DNA of 64,000 bases from Vicugna vicugna (lineage: Eukaryota), in contig MU058769.1 in assembly GCA_013265495.1 (NCBI GenBank), positions 768,477 to 832,476 of the forward strand. The letters run 5' to 3'. Below the pieces are notes generated by a model. It ran no database searches. It was not told where the DNA came from and worked only from the letters and a program-made list of their open reading frames with translations. The translations under genes were made by a program, and so were the position numbers. Below are positions 13,206 through 37,281 of the stretch, one piece after another. Numbering within the stretch: position 1 is the first letter of the stretch; every line of letters begins with the position of its first letter.

Positions 13206-16200
13206 TTCCTCTGTGATGAAGGCGCTGGTATTTCTGGGGACTACATTGATCGCGTGGATGAGCCCTTGTCCTGCTCGTATGTGCTGACCATTCGGACTCC
13301 TCGGCTCTGCCCTCACCCTCTCCTCCGGCCCCCACCCAGTGCTGCTCCCCAGGCCATTCTCTGTCACCCTGCCCTGCAGCCTGAGGAGTACATGGCCTAC
13401 ATTCAGAGGCAAGCTGGTGAGTAATTAAAAGAGGAAGGAGAGACGTGGGGAGGGACCTGCAGAAGACAAAGTATCGAAGAGCCCAGAGGAACGTGTCCCT
13501 GTCCTGCCTACATGCTGTCTTTCAGTAGACTCAAAGCAACACGGAGACAGGGCTACAGGGGAGCTGCACGGCCTGGACCCTCAGACGTGGAGTGAGACCA
13601 ACCCTGGGGTGGTGCCCCCGAGGAAAGGGGGTAGGCCCTTGTTTCACCTGTTCTGTGAAACCTGTCTGCCTTTCTTCCCTTCTGCAGCCTCACTGTCCTA
13701 TACACCCAGGAGTGCGTTGTCCTTAACACCCCTGACTGTTGGGGTGGGGCGAAAAAGAACTGTGGTCCCTAATCCCTGAGTAACAGAGGAGGGAAAATAA
13801 CCCATTCTGTTTGCTTCCTCCCATTTCAGGCTCCTCCCTGTTCCCTGTATTCCAGGTGCAGGGCCAGCCAAGGATGACAACAAGGAAGCAGATTTCTGGA
13901 AGATGCTCCACGAGCGAGAGGAACAGGCACCTGAAGGGGAGGAGGTACAGGCTGAGGTGAGAGCCGGCTTCCTGGCTGTCGCTTTGATGAGGCTGAACCT
14001 GGGCTTTGGGCTGCAAGGCCGCTTGAACTGAGGCCATTATGATATGATCTCCATCCACCTAGTGATGCAAGCATATACCCAGAGTCACTGCCTGAGGCTG
14101 GCATGCATCAGCTTGCATACTTGACTCTGCCCTTCTCTCATCAGGAGCAGGAACCAAACCTGGACGCAGCAGACCCAGCGCCAGGCTCTCCCGATGGTGA
14201 GGGAATCCTCCACGTCTCCCTTCCTGGGCGAGCGCAGAGCTAGAGCTGAACACTGGGAGGGAGGTTCAGATTCATTTTTATCAGACTGAGTACTCTTTGT
14301 AGACGACAGTTCTATTCAAGGACAGTAGCAGAAGCCAGTGGTTCCGCTGCTTGCTGACTTTGCATCTTGGACAATTTCCCTTAACCTCCATTTCCTCACC
14401 CTACGTTAGAGAGCTGTTGTGGGGTTAAATGAATCTAGTTTTACAGTACAATGCCTGGAGCTGAGTAGACAAAAAATGGTTTATATTTGTGGAAAGAAGA
14501 GAACAGGATCCAGGGAAAAGGCGTGCTTGGCCCCGGGATCTCTTCTGTAGTCCTAGAAACTGGAGTGGCTGCCGGGAGGACCTCAGCAGTGCATGGAAGA
14601 GCAGGGGTCTTGGCAGCTTGTTAGCATCCTTCCCTCTCTCACCTATGAGGCCACCTAAGAACTCTCTGGAGGGGTATGTTGGCCCCTGTCTCACAGACCA
14701 GACAGGTAGTTCCTGGAGGCAGGGACTATGTCCTTCCTTGGCCTCCTCAACTCTTCTCCTTAGGAAGTCAAAATAGAATTTAAGACATGACGGGTCCATT
14801 CCTATTCTTTCATCTCAGATTTTCAGAACAACGTGCAGGTCAAAGTTATTCGGAGCCCCGCAGACTTGATTCGATTGATAGAGGAGCTGAAGGGTGGAAC
14901 AAGAAAGGTACGGCCCTGCTCCAGGGAGGGGCAGAACCTGCCTCCCTGCTGGGAGCATTCAGAGACGCACCCCTGACTGGGGCCGATGGAGCCGACTCCC
15001 GTCCTTTACTCCTCCTGAGTCCCCACTCCCACTTCCTCCCACCATGGAACCCCAACCGTCTCCCTCTTTCTCCCGATCCCCACCCACCCAGGGGAAGCCC
15101 AACTCCGGCCAAGAGCAGCCTGCAGACTATGCTGCAGAAGCCCCTTCCAGGGAACCAGAGGTGAAGGAGAAGGGTGACCCCGAGCATCAGAACGAGGTGG
15201 AAGAAGAGGAGGACGACGATGAGGATGAAGACGAAGATGAGGATGAGCGGCAGTTGCTGGGAGAATTTGAGAAGGAACTGGAAGGGATACTGCTCCCGTC
15301 GGACCGAGACCGGCTCCGTGCGGAGGTGAAGGCTGGCATGGAGCGGGAGCTGGAGAACATCATCCAGGAGGTGGGCTCCCCGCTTCCTCCCGTGGCTTCC
15401 ACCGCTGCCTGTGCCTGTGGGGGGACAGGCCCGAGGGCCCGGAAGAAAACAGAGGACAGCACCTCGCTGGCCTGGGGTGCTGGAGCAGGCGCCCTGAACT
15501 GCTATTGTTTACTTAATTAAAAAGTGGGGGACGGTGGACAAGGGGGTCAGAGAGAAGAATGAGGCTTAGATATTACTTCCCAGATCCTGACTCTCACTCC
15601 CACCCTGGGCCTTCCAGACAGAGAAGGAGCTGGACCCGGAGGGGCTGAAGAAGGAGTCAGAGCGTGATCGGGCTATGCTGGCACTGACTTCCACTCTCAA
15701 CAAACTCATCAAAAGGCTGGAGGAAAAACAGAGTCCAGAGCTGGTGAAGAAGCACCAGAAGAGGAGGGTTGTCCCCAAAAAGCCTCCCCCGTCCCCCCAA
15801 CCAGCAGGTGAGAGCTGCCAGATGGGAGGAAACGGCCAGGCCCGTCGTTTATCCCTTCTGAGAACGCTCACTCTCGCTCTTCCTGGAACATTGTTCTCAG
15901 CCATTCCCAACACCTCCATCCGTTTGCCCGCTAACCTCCTAGTTGTCCTTTTGGGAAGCAGCTGTTAGAGCCTGTCTGGCTTGCCTCTGTGGCGGTTTTC
16001 TGGCTTACTCCTGTACATCCAGTGCCTAGCACTCTGCCTGGCCCCTCGTGGGTGACTGGTAGATATTAACTGGGTGGCAGTGAGCCTGTGTGCCAGACCA
16101 CACACCTGTGGCGGACTCTGCCTGTCAGTAGTCAGGACTGCACAGGGAGTGGCCCCAGCTGGCGGGGTGTGAACGGGCAGCCCAGCTGCTCATAAGCCAA

Positions 16201-17513
16201 TTGCCTAGACAGACTTAAAGTTCCCCTCTTCTTGCACCCTTTGTGTCCCTTCCGCAGGCCCCGGGGTCAGAGAGACCAGGTGTTACAAATGGAATGTCCT
16301 AGTTTCAAACCTTCCATCCCACTGTCTCTATAAACATTGAAATGTCTTTTGAGTCCCAACATGTCAAGGGTGCCAGACCACAGTTTTCCAGCCTGCTTCT
16401 TCAATTTCTCTGTAGGCCCAGGTGGCCTCATTTTTGCTTTAGAAAACAGTCAGTTTAGATGATGGGCAGAATTACTGGGTTGGTGTGGGGAAGGGAAACT
16501 ACACTGATGGGGGGAGCTTTTTGGGTTGGAATGGGGTTGGGGGTGATGGGTGCTAATTTATTTTGAGCCCAGCTCATATCCGTGTTTGTGATGGAATAAC
16601 TGCCAAAACCCACTGATGTCTTAGGGAGAGGTGACCGCTGCAGCCCTAGCCCTGGAGTCACGGCTCTGCTTTGTGTCTCCCTGTGTGTCTCTCCCTCCAA
16701 GAGGAGGATCCTGAGCACAGAGTCCGGGTCCGGGTCACCAAGCTCCGTCACGGAGGCCCCAATCAGGATCTGACTGTCCTCGAGATGAAACGGGAAAACC
16801 CACAGCTGAAACAAATCGAGGGGCTGGTGAAGGAGCTGCTGGAGAGGGAGGGACTCACAGCCGAAGGTGGGCCCTGGAGGGCGGGGCTGGATGCAGAGCC
16901 ATTGGAAGGGCTTGCTGCCTGAAGTGGAGGGGCTGGGAACCTCGGCTGGGGCCCCGGGGGACAGAGGACCTGCGCTGAAGCTCCCCCGCTTCCTCTCCTC
17001 TCACTTCCCGTCCTGCTCCTTTCCAGGGAAAATTGAGATCAAGATTGTCCGACCAGGGACTGAAGGGACTGAGGAGGATGCTCGTTGGCTGACTGATGAG
17101 GACACAAAAAACCTCAAGGAGATTTTCTTCAATATCCTGGTGAGAGGCACCCCGCCCCCGAGTCCTGGCCCCCCAGCCTTCCCTCTCCTCCAGCCCACTG
17201 AGGTGTGAAGAGCGAGGGTTAGCCCATCCCGGCCTCGCCACTGTGGTTCTGGGCGTCAGGCCCTCAGCAGAGCCCCACAGGCCACGTGTGGGCCCCACTC
17301 CTGCCTGCCCGACATGCACCGATCTCCAGACCCCCAAGCGCCCAGTGCCTCCCTTGGCTCCCACTCACCCGCATGCCCTCCTGCCAGGTGCAGGGAGCTG
17401 AGGAGGCGCAGAAGGAGCGGCAGCGGCAGAAAGAGCTGGAGAGGAATTACCGCCGGGTGTGGGGCTCTCGGGGCGGGGAGGGCACTGGGGACCTGGATGA
17501 GTTTGACTTCTGA
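13206..17513 (+). CDS. OS9: OS9 ER lectin (ERAD), 3' portion; exons 1-5 lie upstream of the window
   Basis: Exons 13206-13416, 13529-13630, 13856-13956, 14145-14196, 14819-14907, 15092-15370, 15618-15807, 16702-16866, 17027-17139, 17388-17513 (stop), all GT-AG and in phase. Peptides FLCDEGAGISGDYIDRVDEPLSCSYVLTIRTPRLC (end of MRH domain), acidic EEEEDDDEDEDEDE tract, C-terminal GDLDEFDF. Confidence 0.97.
14330..14490 (+). mobile_element. MIR-like SINE
   Basis: CTTGGACAATTTCCCTTAACCTC...GTTGTGGGGTTAAATGA. Confidence 0.55.
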
Positions 17514-17623
17514 GGCCACCACCATGGGCTCGCAAAAGAGCCCAGAGTCTTCCTAGACTGGCCCTGCCGCCACCCCCCACCCCATCACCCAGGGCCCTAA
17601 AGGCGAAACAGCAGAGGAGAGCC

Positions 17624-17718
17624 GAGCTGTGAGCTGCGAGCTGCGAGCTGTGAGCTGCGACTGAGGCCCAGCTGAGGGCGTGGGGGGCCACGGGGTGAGG
17701 GCTGCTGCTGCTGCTGCT
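17624..17718 (+). repeat. (GAGCTGY)5 and (GCT)6 tandem repeats in the OS9 3' UTR
   Basis: Read directly: 17624-17658 and 17701-17718. Confidence 0.9.
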
Positions 17719-18139
17719 GAGGGCCGCCCTCAAGATGTGCTCTCCCAGGCTTCTCCCCACACCTGCTTCCCTTCCTCCCTGGCTTCCCCTGTTGTTGTCC
17801 CCAGTCCCCCAACTTGTGGGTTCCTTTCCCCTCGCCACCTAGAGCATCGTGAGCATTTTGGAGTGGAGTAGAGCTGGGGAGCAAGGAGAGCCGGGCAGTT
17901 CAGCAGGCCCCCACCCCACTGCTTTTCGCACTCTCCTTCCCCGTCCCCTCGGATTGGCTTTGACTGTCCTGCCCCATTGCCTTCCCATGCTGTTCCCTAC
18001 ATCTTCTGAGTTGAGGCACCTTCCCTCTGTTGCTGAGAAAATGGGAAGAAAGTTGCCCACCACCTCTGACACAGTCCCATGAAAAGGGTAGGTTACAGAC
18101 CCAGCCACCATCCATGTTCTTGGAAGAATCAGGTTTCTA

Positions 18140-18145
18140 AATAAA
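18140..18145 (+). terminator. Probable OS9 polyadenylation signal AATAAA
   Basis: AATAAA ~630 nt after the stop, followed by a U-rich tract (18171-18183) and a G-rich tract. Confidence 0.75.
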
Positions 18146-19009
18146 GAACTGGACCATCAAACCATCAATCCTTTTTTTCTTTTAGGAGGGTGGGTGGGGT
18201 TGGGGCTCAGGTAGGGAGGAGGCTTGGTGTTCTCTGGATAGAGGGCACTCTGATCCCATTCTGTGCTCCACAGTCCGGGCCGCACCCGTGGGGGTGGGGG
18301 ACGCAGTATGAGACTAGGACAGTGAAGCGAAGCCTGCTGGCCTGGCCAGGACTGAAACGCTTGTGGTACCGGGGTCCTTCCTTTTCCTCATTTGTCCATT
18401 TCTGTTCCTTCTCTTCTCCCCCTTTATATCCCCAAAGCTACACAGTACACACGGCGTTACCCCACCACAGCGGTCCTCCTGCCAAGCTCTCTCCCTGCAG
18501 CGTGCTGCAGACGCCATCCCTGCGCCCACCAGCCACACCACTTCAGCATTTCCCCAGAAAGACCTCTGCCCCTCGCCATGCCCAGAGAGAGGGCTGCCGC
18601 CCACCCAGGCCAGTTCCTAGTATGCCAAGGGCAGGTGGGCACGGGAAGGTGTCTCCACCTCGTCCTCATTGCCAAATGCAAATCGGGGTTGTCCACCTCC
18701 CCCTCTTGCTCCAAATCTCTGAGGTGTGCAGCATTTCTGCTGAAGAGTCCGCTGACTCATGAGATAAGGGATCTCTAGAAGGCATGGAACTCCCAGGTCT
18801 CCTAAAGTGGAAAGAGGGATTCAATTGTTGTTAAAGGATGTTGTATAAGGCTGACCCTCTTCCTACTGAAAGTGCTCATGTACTTAATGAGCATATTATG
18901 TTTATATTATTTACAAATGCAAAAGGGTAGGCTTATAAAACCCTGCTTCCCCAGATCCATGTGTGTACGTTGAAGGGAGGGATCTAAGACACTGCCTCAA
19001 GTCCAGCTG

Positions 19010-19215
19010 CAGTCAGAATGCTGGGTTCAAATCCTCACTCTTCCACTTACTATTAGTGGGGCCTTGAACAAGTTATTTAACTTTTCAAGTGCTATTTGCT
19101 CATGGTAAATATGGATGATTGTACTGGCCAAAGGTGGTTGTGAGGACTGAATGAGATATAATGTGTTGTGCTCTTAGCAAAGTGTCTGGCCCACAGGAAG
19201 TGATCAATAACGAAA
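19010..19215 (+). mobile_element. MIR SINE
   Basis: CTGGGTTCAAATCC...CCACTTACTA...GGTTGTGAGGACTGAATGAGATA. Confidence 0.75.
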
Positions 19216-19399
19216 TAAACCATCTGTTGAGTTCTGAAGAGACAAGATGGTGCTTGGAGGCAAGCACTATAGAAGGATTCCCCCGAGCTGATCAGAAGCT
19301 ACAGTAGAATCTTTAAGAATGAGAGAGTGGCGAGAGGCTGGGATAGGAGGGTTATCTTTGATTTGATAGGAATAGAGTATTATCAGAAATGGAATTCTA

Positions 19400-22300
19400 C
19401 AGTTAGACTTGATTGATATTTTTAAGACATTACATCAAAAAAAACCCAAAAACCAATCCAGAATACACTTTCTTCTTAAGTGCATGTGGAACATTCCCTA
19501 GGATAGACCATGTGCTAGGACAAAAACAAACCTCAGCAATTTAAGAGGATAGAAATTATTTCAGAAGAAGAATCTAGTAATCACAACAAAACCAAAAAAA
19601 AAATTATTTCAGGCGTCTTTTCTAATCACAATGGCATGCAGCTAGAAATCAATCATGTCAAGAGAAATGAGAAAAAAACAACTACATGGAGACTAAACAA
19701 AATACTACTAAAAACCGGTGTGGCAATGGTAAAATCAAAGATGAAATTTCAAAATACCTTGAGACAAATGACAATGAAAACACAACCATACAAAATCTAT
19801 GGGATGCAGCAAAAGCAATCCTTAGGGGAAGTTCATAGCAATACAGGCGTTCCTCAAAAAACAAGAAAAATCTCAAATAATCAACCCAACCTACCACCTA
19901 AAAGAATTAGAAAAAGAACAAACAAAATGTAAAGTCAGCAGAAGGAAGGAAATAATAAAGATCAGAGAGGAAATAAATAAAAGATTTTTTTAATTTAAAA
20001 AAAAAATCAGGAAAACCAAGAACTGGTTCCTTGAAAGGGAAAAACCATTGACAACCTCTGGCCAGGCTCCCCAAGAAATAAAAAGACAGGACCCAAATAA
20101 AATAAGAAATGAGAAATAACAACCAGTATCATAGAAATATGAAAAAGCATAAGAAAACACTATAAACAATTAAATACCAACAAATTGGACAACCTAAAAG
20201 AAATAGACACGTTTCTAGAAACATATAGCCCACCAAAACCGAATCAAGAAGAAATAATTTGAACAGACCAATTACTAATAGAAATGAAATAGAATCTGAA
20301 ATTAAAAAAACAAAAAACAAACAAAAAAAAACTCCCTGCAAACAAAAGTCCAGGACCATATGGCTTCACTGGGGAGTTCTACCAAACATACATTAAAAAA
20401 AAAAAAACAACAAAAACTCATACTTATCCTTCTCAAACTCTTCCAAAAGATTGAAGAGGACGGAATGCTCCCAAACTCATTCTATGAAGCCACCATCACC
20501 TTGGTACCAAAACCAGACAGATATTATTCCCCCCAAAAAGTGCAGATCAATATCTTTGATGAATACGGATGCAACAATTCTCAGCAAAACATTAGCAAAC
20601 CAACAACACATAAAAAAAAGATCATACACCAAAGTCAAGTTGGATTTATCGCCAGGTCAAGGATAGTTAAACATATGCAAATCAACCAATGCGATACGCC
20701 ACATCAACAAAAGACAAAAACCACATCTCAATAGATGCAGAAAAAGCATTTGATAAAATTCAACATCCATTCATGATAAAAGCTCTTACCAAAGTGGGTA
20801 TAGAGGGAACATATCTCACCATAATAAAGCTATTTACAACAAACCCACAGCCAACATAATACTCAACGGTGAAAAGTTGAAAGTCTTCCTGCTAAAATCT
20901 GGAACAAGACAAGGATGCCCACTCTCATCACTTCTATTCAACATAGTATTGGAAGTCCTAGCCACTGCATTCAGGCAAGAAATAGAAATAAAAGGATATA
21001 GCTTAGTGGTAGAGGGCATGCTTAGCATGGATGAGGTCCTGGGTTCAATCCCCAATACCACCACTTTAAATAGATAAATAAAACTAATTACCTCCCTCCC
21101 CCCCACACATACAAGTATCCAAATTGGAAGGGAAGGGGTAAAATTGTCATTATACGTATATGACATGATAGTTTATATAGAAAACCCTGAAGACTCCACA
21201 CAAAAACCACTAAAGCTGATTAACAAATTCAGCACAGTTAGCAGGATATAAAATTAACATACAGAAATCTGTTACATTTCTTTACATTAACAATGAAATA
21301 TCAGAAAGTGATAGTTTTAAAAATCCTTTTTAAAGTTGCATCAAAAAATTAAAATACTTAGGAATAAACTTGACCAAGGAAGTGAAAGACTTGTACACAG
21401 AGAACAATAAAACACTGATAAAAGAAACTGAAAATGATTCAAAGAAATGGAAAGATATTCCATGAAGAATTAACATTGTTAAAATGGCCATACTACTCAA
21501 AGCAATCCACAGATTTAATGCGATCCCTATCAAAGTACTTAGGACAGTTTTCAAGGAACTAAAACAAACAATCCTAAAATTTATATGGAATCACAAAAGA
21601 CCCAAAATTGCCAAAACAATACTAAGGAAAAAGAATGAAGCTGGAGGCATACCCCTCCCAGACTTCAGACAATACTGCAAAGCTACAGTTATTAAAACAG
21701 CATGGTATTGGCACAAAAACAGACATATGGATCAATGCAACAGAATAGAGAGCCCAGAAATAAACCTACACACCTACAGTCAATTAATCTTCAACAAAGG
21801 AGGCAAGAATATACAATGGAGAAAAGACAGTCTCTTCAGGAAGGGGTGTTGGGAAAGCTGGACAGTTGCATGTAAATCAATGAAGTTAGAGCACCCCCTC
21901 TCACCATACAAAAAAATAAACTCAAATGGCTTAAACAAACATAAGACAGGACACCACAGAATTCCTAGAAGAGAACATAGGCAAAACATTCTCTGACATA
22001 AGTCACAGCAATGTTTTCCTAGGTCAGTCTCCCAAGCCAATAGAAATAAAAGCAGAAATAAACAAATGGGACCTAATTAAAATTACAAGCTTTTGCACAG
22101 CAAAGGAAACAATAAACCAGGCTGGGAGGAAATATTTACAAATAATGTGACTGACAAGGGCTTAATCTCCAGAATATAAACAGCTCATACAACTCAATAA
22201 CAAAAAAACCAAACAATCCAATCAAAAAATGGGCAGAAGACCTAAATAGACATTTCTCCAAAGAAGACACAGATGGCATACAAAATGATGCTCAATATCA

Positions 22301-23187
22301 CTAATTATCAGAAAAATGCAAATCAGAAGTACAATGAGGTATCACCTCACACTGGTCAGAATGGCCATCATGAAAAAGTCCACAAATAATAAATGCTGGA
22401 GTAGATATGGCGAAAAGGGAACCCTCCTACACTGCTGGTAGAAATTGGTGCAGCCACTATGGAAAACAGGATGGAGATTCCTTAAAAAACTAAAAATAGA
22501 GTTGCCATATGACCCAGCAATCCCACTCCTGGGCATATATCCAGAGAAAACTCTAATTTGAAAAGATACAAGCACCCCGGTGTTCATACAGCAGCACTAT
22601 TCACAACAGCCAAGACACAGAAGCAGCTGAAATGTCCACTGACAGATGATTGGATAAAGAAGTTGTGGTGTGTATATATGTGTACGTATGTATATATACA
22701 CACACACATATACACACACACACACAACGGAATATTACTCAGCCATAAAATAGAATGAAACAATGCCATCTGCAGCAACATGAGTGGGCATACAGATTAT
22801 CATACTAAGTGAAGTAAGTCAGACAAAGACAAATATATAGTATCACTTATATGTGGAATCTAAAAAATGATACAAATGAACTTATTTACAAAACAGACAG
22901 ACTCACAGACATAAGAAAACAAACTTCTGGTTACCAAAGGGGAAAGGCGGTGGGGGAGAGATAAATTAAGAGTTTGGGACTAGCAGATTCAAATTATTAT
23001 ATATAAAATAGATAATTAACAAGGTACTACTGTATATAGCACAGGGAACTATATTCAATATCCTGTAATAAACCATAATGAAAAAGAATATATTTATATG
23101 TATAACTGAATCACTATCCTGTATACCAGAAAAACAACACTGTAAATCAACTATACTTCAATAAAAAATTTTTAAAAAGAAAAAAAG
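19400..23187 (+). mobile_element. 5'-truncated LINE-1 (~3.8 kb; frameshifted ORF2, 3' UTR, A tail) between OS9 and AGAP2
   Basis: ORF2 remnants [47 protein letters not shown] plus A-rich tail at ~23160; possible diverged TSD GAAATGGAATTCTA (19386) / GAAAACGAATTTCTA (23188). Confidence 0.93.
20994..21113 (+). mobile_element. tRNA-derived SINE (Vic-1-like) nested in L1 ORF2
   Basis: TATAGCTTAGTGGTAGAG...GGGTTCAATCCCC interrupts the L1 EIKG/IQIG coding stretch. Confidence 0.88.
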
Positions 23188-24925
23188 GAAAACGAATTTC
23201 TAGAAACCTCACTAGATTTAATCATTTTGTACTTTCAATAATAAATTCATTTTTACTTTACTTTGGCTTCTGGTACAACTCCCATGGAGAAGGTTGTTCT
23301 GTCCCAGCTGTGCTAAGGCAAACAAAAGGCAGGGAGCAGGGTGTGTGGCAGATGGTGACCAGGAGCGGGTAAGGAAGCGGGGGATGGCAGACGGCAGCGG
23401 GAATCCAGGTGAGGACCCCAAGGGCAGCTGAGAAGGTGGCGTGGACGTTAAGGGGCAGCAGCTCTCCTTCAGCCCCCAGGAAGTCCCCTTCAGAGTCCTC
23501 TTCTGCCAGCCTGGAGGGCTCAGTGTCCTGTCAGCCCATCCACAACCACCCTTTATATTTCCCACAGGCCAAGATGCAGCACATGAGGAAAAGAAGCCAC
23601 TGGAGTACTGAGCGCTGGGATTTGACGTGGGGGTCCTGACACCTTGACCACCTTTCACTGGTGGGAACTGAAAGGCACTTCCCACTGGCCCGTGATTCCC
23701 TATGGTTATTTCACTCTCTCCAGGGTCCTTGTTTCCTCCCCACAGCCTCTCACACTCTCGAGCTTCTGAGGAAGGCAGTGAGCTTTTGCCACCAAGAAGG
23801 AAAGTGGGGATGGAGGAGGAGAGCCCAGGGTCTCCGATGAAAGGGAGGAGAGGTGGTGGGGTCTTCCAGTTGAGTCTTCTTTGCTACTTCTCTCCTTTCC
23901 TCTAGCTTTGCCTTCCCAGACCACACACCTGCATCTGCACCTGCACCCCTGAATCCACCTTTTTCTGGGTCAGACCGCTGTGTTAGGTGGTCACCCAGCC
24001 TAGGACCCTGGAGAACCAGGGCCTCCCATGTGAGTGGGACCTGGGCCCATTCCTGCAACCACAGCTTGTCAGCTCAGTGGTGCACCTTCACTGAATATCC
24101 TTTTTGGGGCTGAGGGGTGCAGAGGGCCAGAACTAACTCTACCAGGAGACAATGGGCCATAAACTGGTTTGTCAAGGTGGCTAACAATATGTATGTGGCT
24201 TTGCCCACCCTGCACAGGCTGCTGGCCCAACACCACCCCACTTGGCCCCTCTGCCAGGTCAAACGCTTTCAGCTGTCTGCGTCAGCTGGGCATGGAGTTT
24301 GTGACACCAGGGACCTCTGCAGCCAGACCTTCCCTCCAGGCCAGGAGAGTAGTGTAAGATCTACTTCTGGTACTAGGTGCTCAAAGTGAGCAGGCTGGCC
24401 TGGGGCAGCCCTCCAGGGCTGATGCGAGAGCCCTTACCAGGTGACCTCTGAACAGATACTGTTCAGATTACAAATAAACAGACGTACCCAAGGTAACCTG
24501 CCCAACACCGCCTAGCTGGTTTCGAAATCAGATCTGACTCCAAAGTTCCTGCTCTTAACTGAAGCTACACCACTTACTCCAAGCAGGCCCCTCCCCTCCC
24601 CTCTTCCTCTAAGCCCCACACTCCAACTCCTTCCCAGAATAGGAGTCATCCTGGAAGTCAGTGACTTCTCTGCTCCTTGGGTCCCCACTGTGGTTCTGAC
24701 CTGCCTGTCTCCTTCCACTAAATGAACCCAGAACTGTTGTACATGATGGAGTATCTGACCTACCATCTTCACATCCCTGGATACTGTCCTGCCATCAGCC
24801 CCAGTGGGAGGCACCGTCCCTGGCCCTCTCCCACCTCCAGTTCCCCACATTGACCAAGGCCATTCCCTGACCCGCCTCTTCAAGAACAGACCAGCAGCTC
24901 ACCCCCTAGACAAAATCACTTCCTC

Positions 24926-24931
24926 TTTAAT
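24926..24931 (-). terminator. Candidate AGAP2 polyadenylation signal ATTAAA
   Basis: TTTAAT on + strand ~1.2 kb past the AGAP2 stop; not confirmed by transcript data. Confidence 0.45.
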
Positions 24932-25779
24932 TGCTGTTGAAGAAGAGTCACACCACCTGCCTTGGAGGAGATGAGGGGGGGTATTGCCCCCCTACCCCCA
25001 CCCTTCACCTCTCCCCAGTTACCTGGTCCTTTGCAAAATATTTAGCCAGAAAAAAAAAAAAAAGACCGGAAACAACTGACACAGAAGGCCCAAGGTCTGG
25101 GTTGGTTGAGGAGGATGGGGCTGGGCCAGGTAAATCCACCCCACCATATCCTTTCTAGGGATGAGACGGGGGCCTGGAAACCCTCCCAACCACCTCATAT
25201 CCTCCTTCTTAACCTGGCTGGGAGGGATCAGGGGGTTGAAGGATGAGTCTTGAGCTGCTCCAGCGGAAGGGAGGGGCTGGACAGGAAGAACAGTGGGGGA
25301 GGGGTCCCATTGCAGGGGTGCCCCCTACCCCAGATCACCACGGGCGCTGCACAGTCACAGGTACGCAGTCACGGTCACAGACACTCACACCATCCTCTTA
25401 GCCGGCTCCTGCTCCTTCCCTTCTCCCTCCCAAGATAGTAATGAGGAGGGATCCAGGCTTTTGGCTCCCCCGACCCTTTAGCTTCCATCCATGGGTGGAT
25501 GTAGGGGGACGTCCTGATTTCCACTCCTCATGGTCCCTTTCACGGAAAGGGTTGGGGACCCCCTACCCCCATGGGCAGCAGGGGTCCTGCCCCTCGCTGC
25601 CCTTCCCCCTTCACTGGGCAGTGAGATTAGCATGGAAGGGGTAGGGTCCCCCTTATTGGCCCCAAGACCCAGAGCTAGCCCTCCCACGTACTAATTCCTC
25701 CCTGTGGCATGGCGTCGCCCCAGGAGCCAGCCTGGGTAAATGCTCCTGCCGTGGGATTGTCGAGCACAAGCAGGACAAT

Positions 25780-37281
<11,502 letters not shown>

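Noticed and set aside
17624..17658. Resemblance of GAGCT repeats to Ig switch regions or a CRISPR array
   Set aside because: Only five 7-nt units with no spacers; a simple tandem repeat.
19636..22000. Reverse-transcriptase-like ORFs
   Set aside because: Frameshifted fragments of an ordinary dead L1 ORF2, not a retron or novel RT system.
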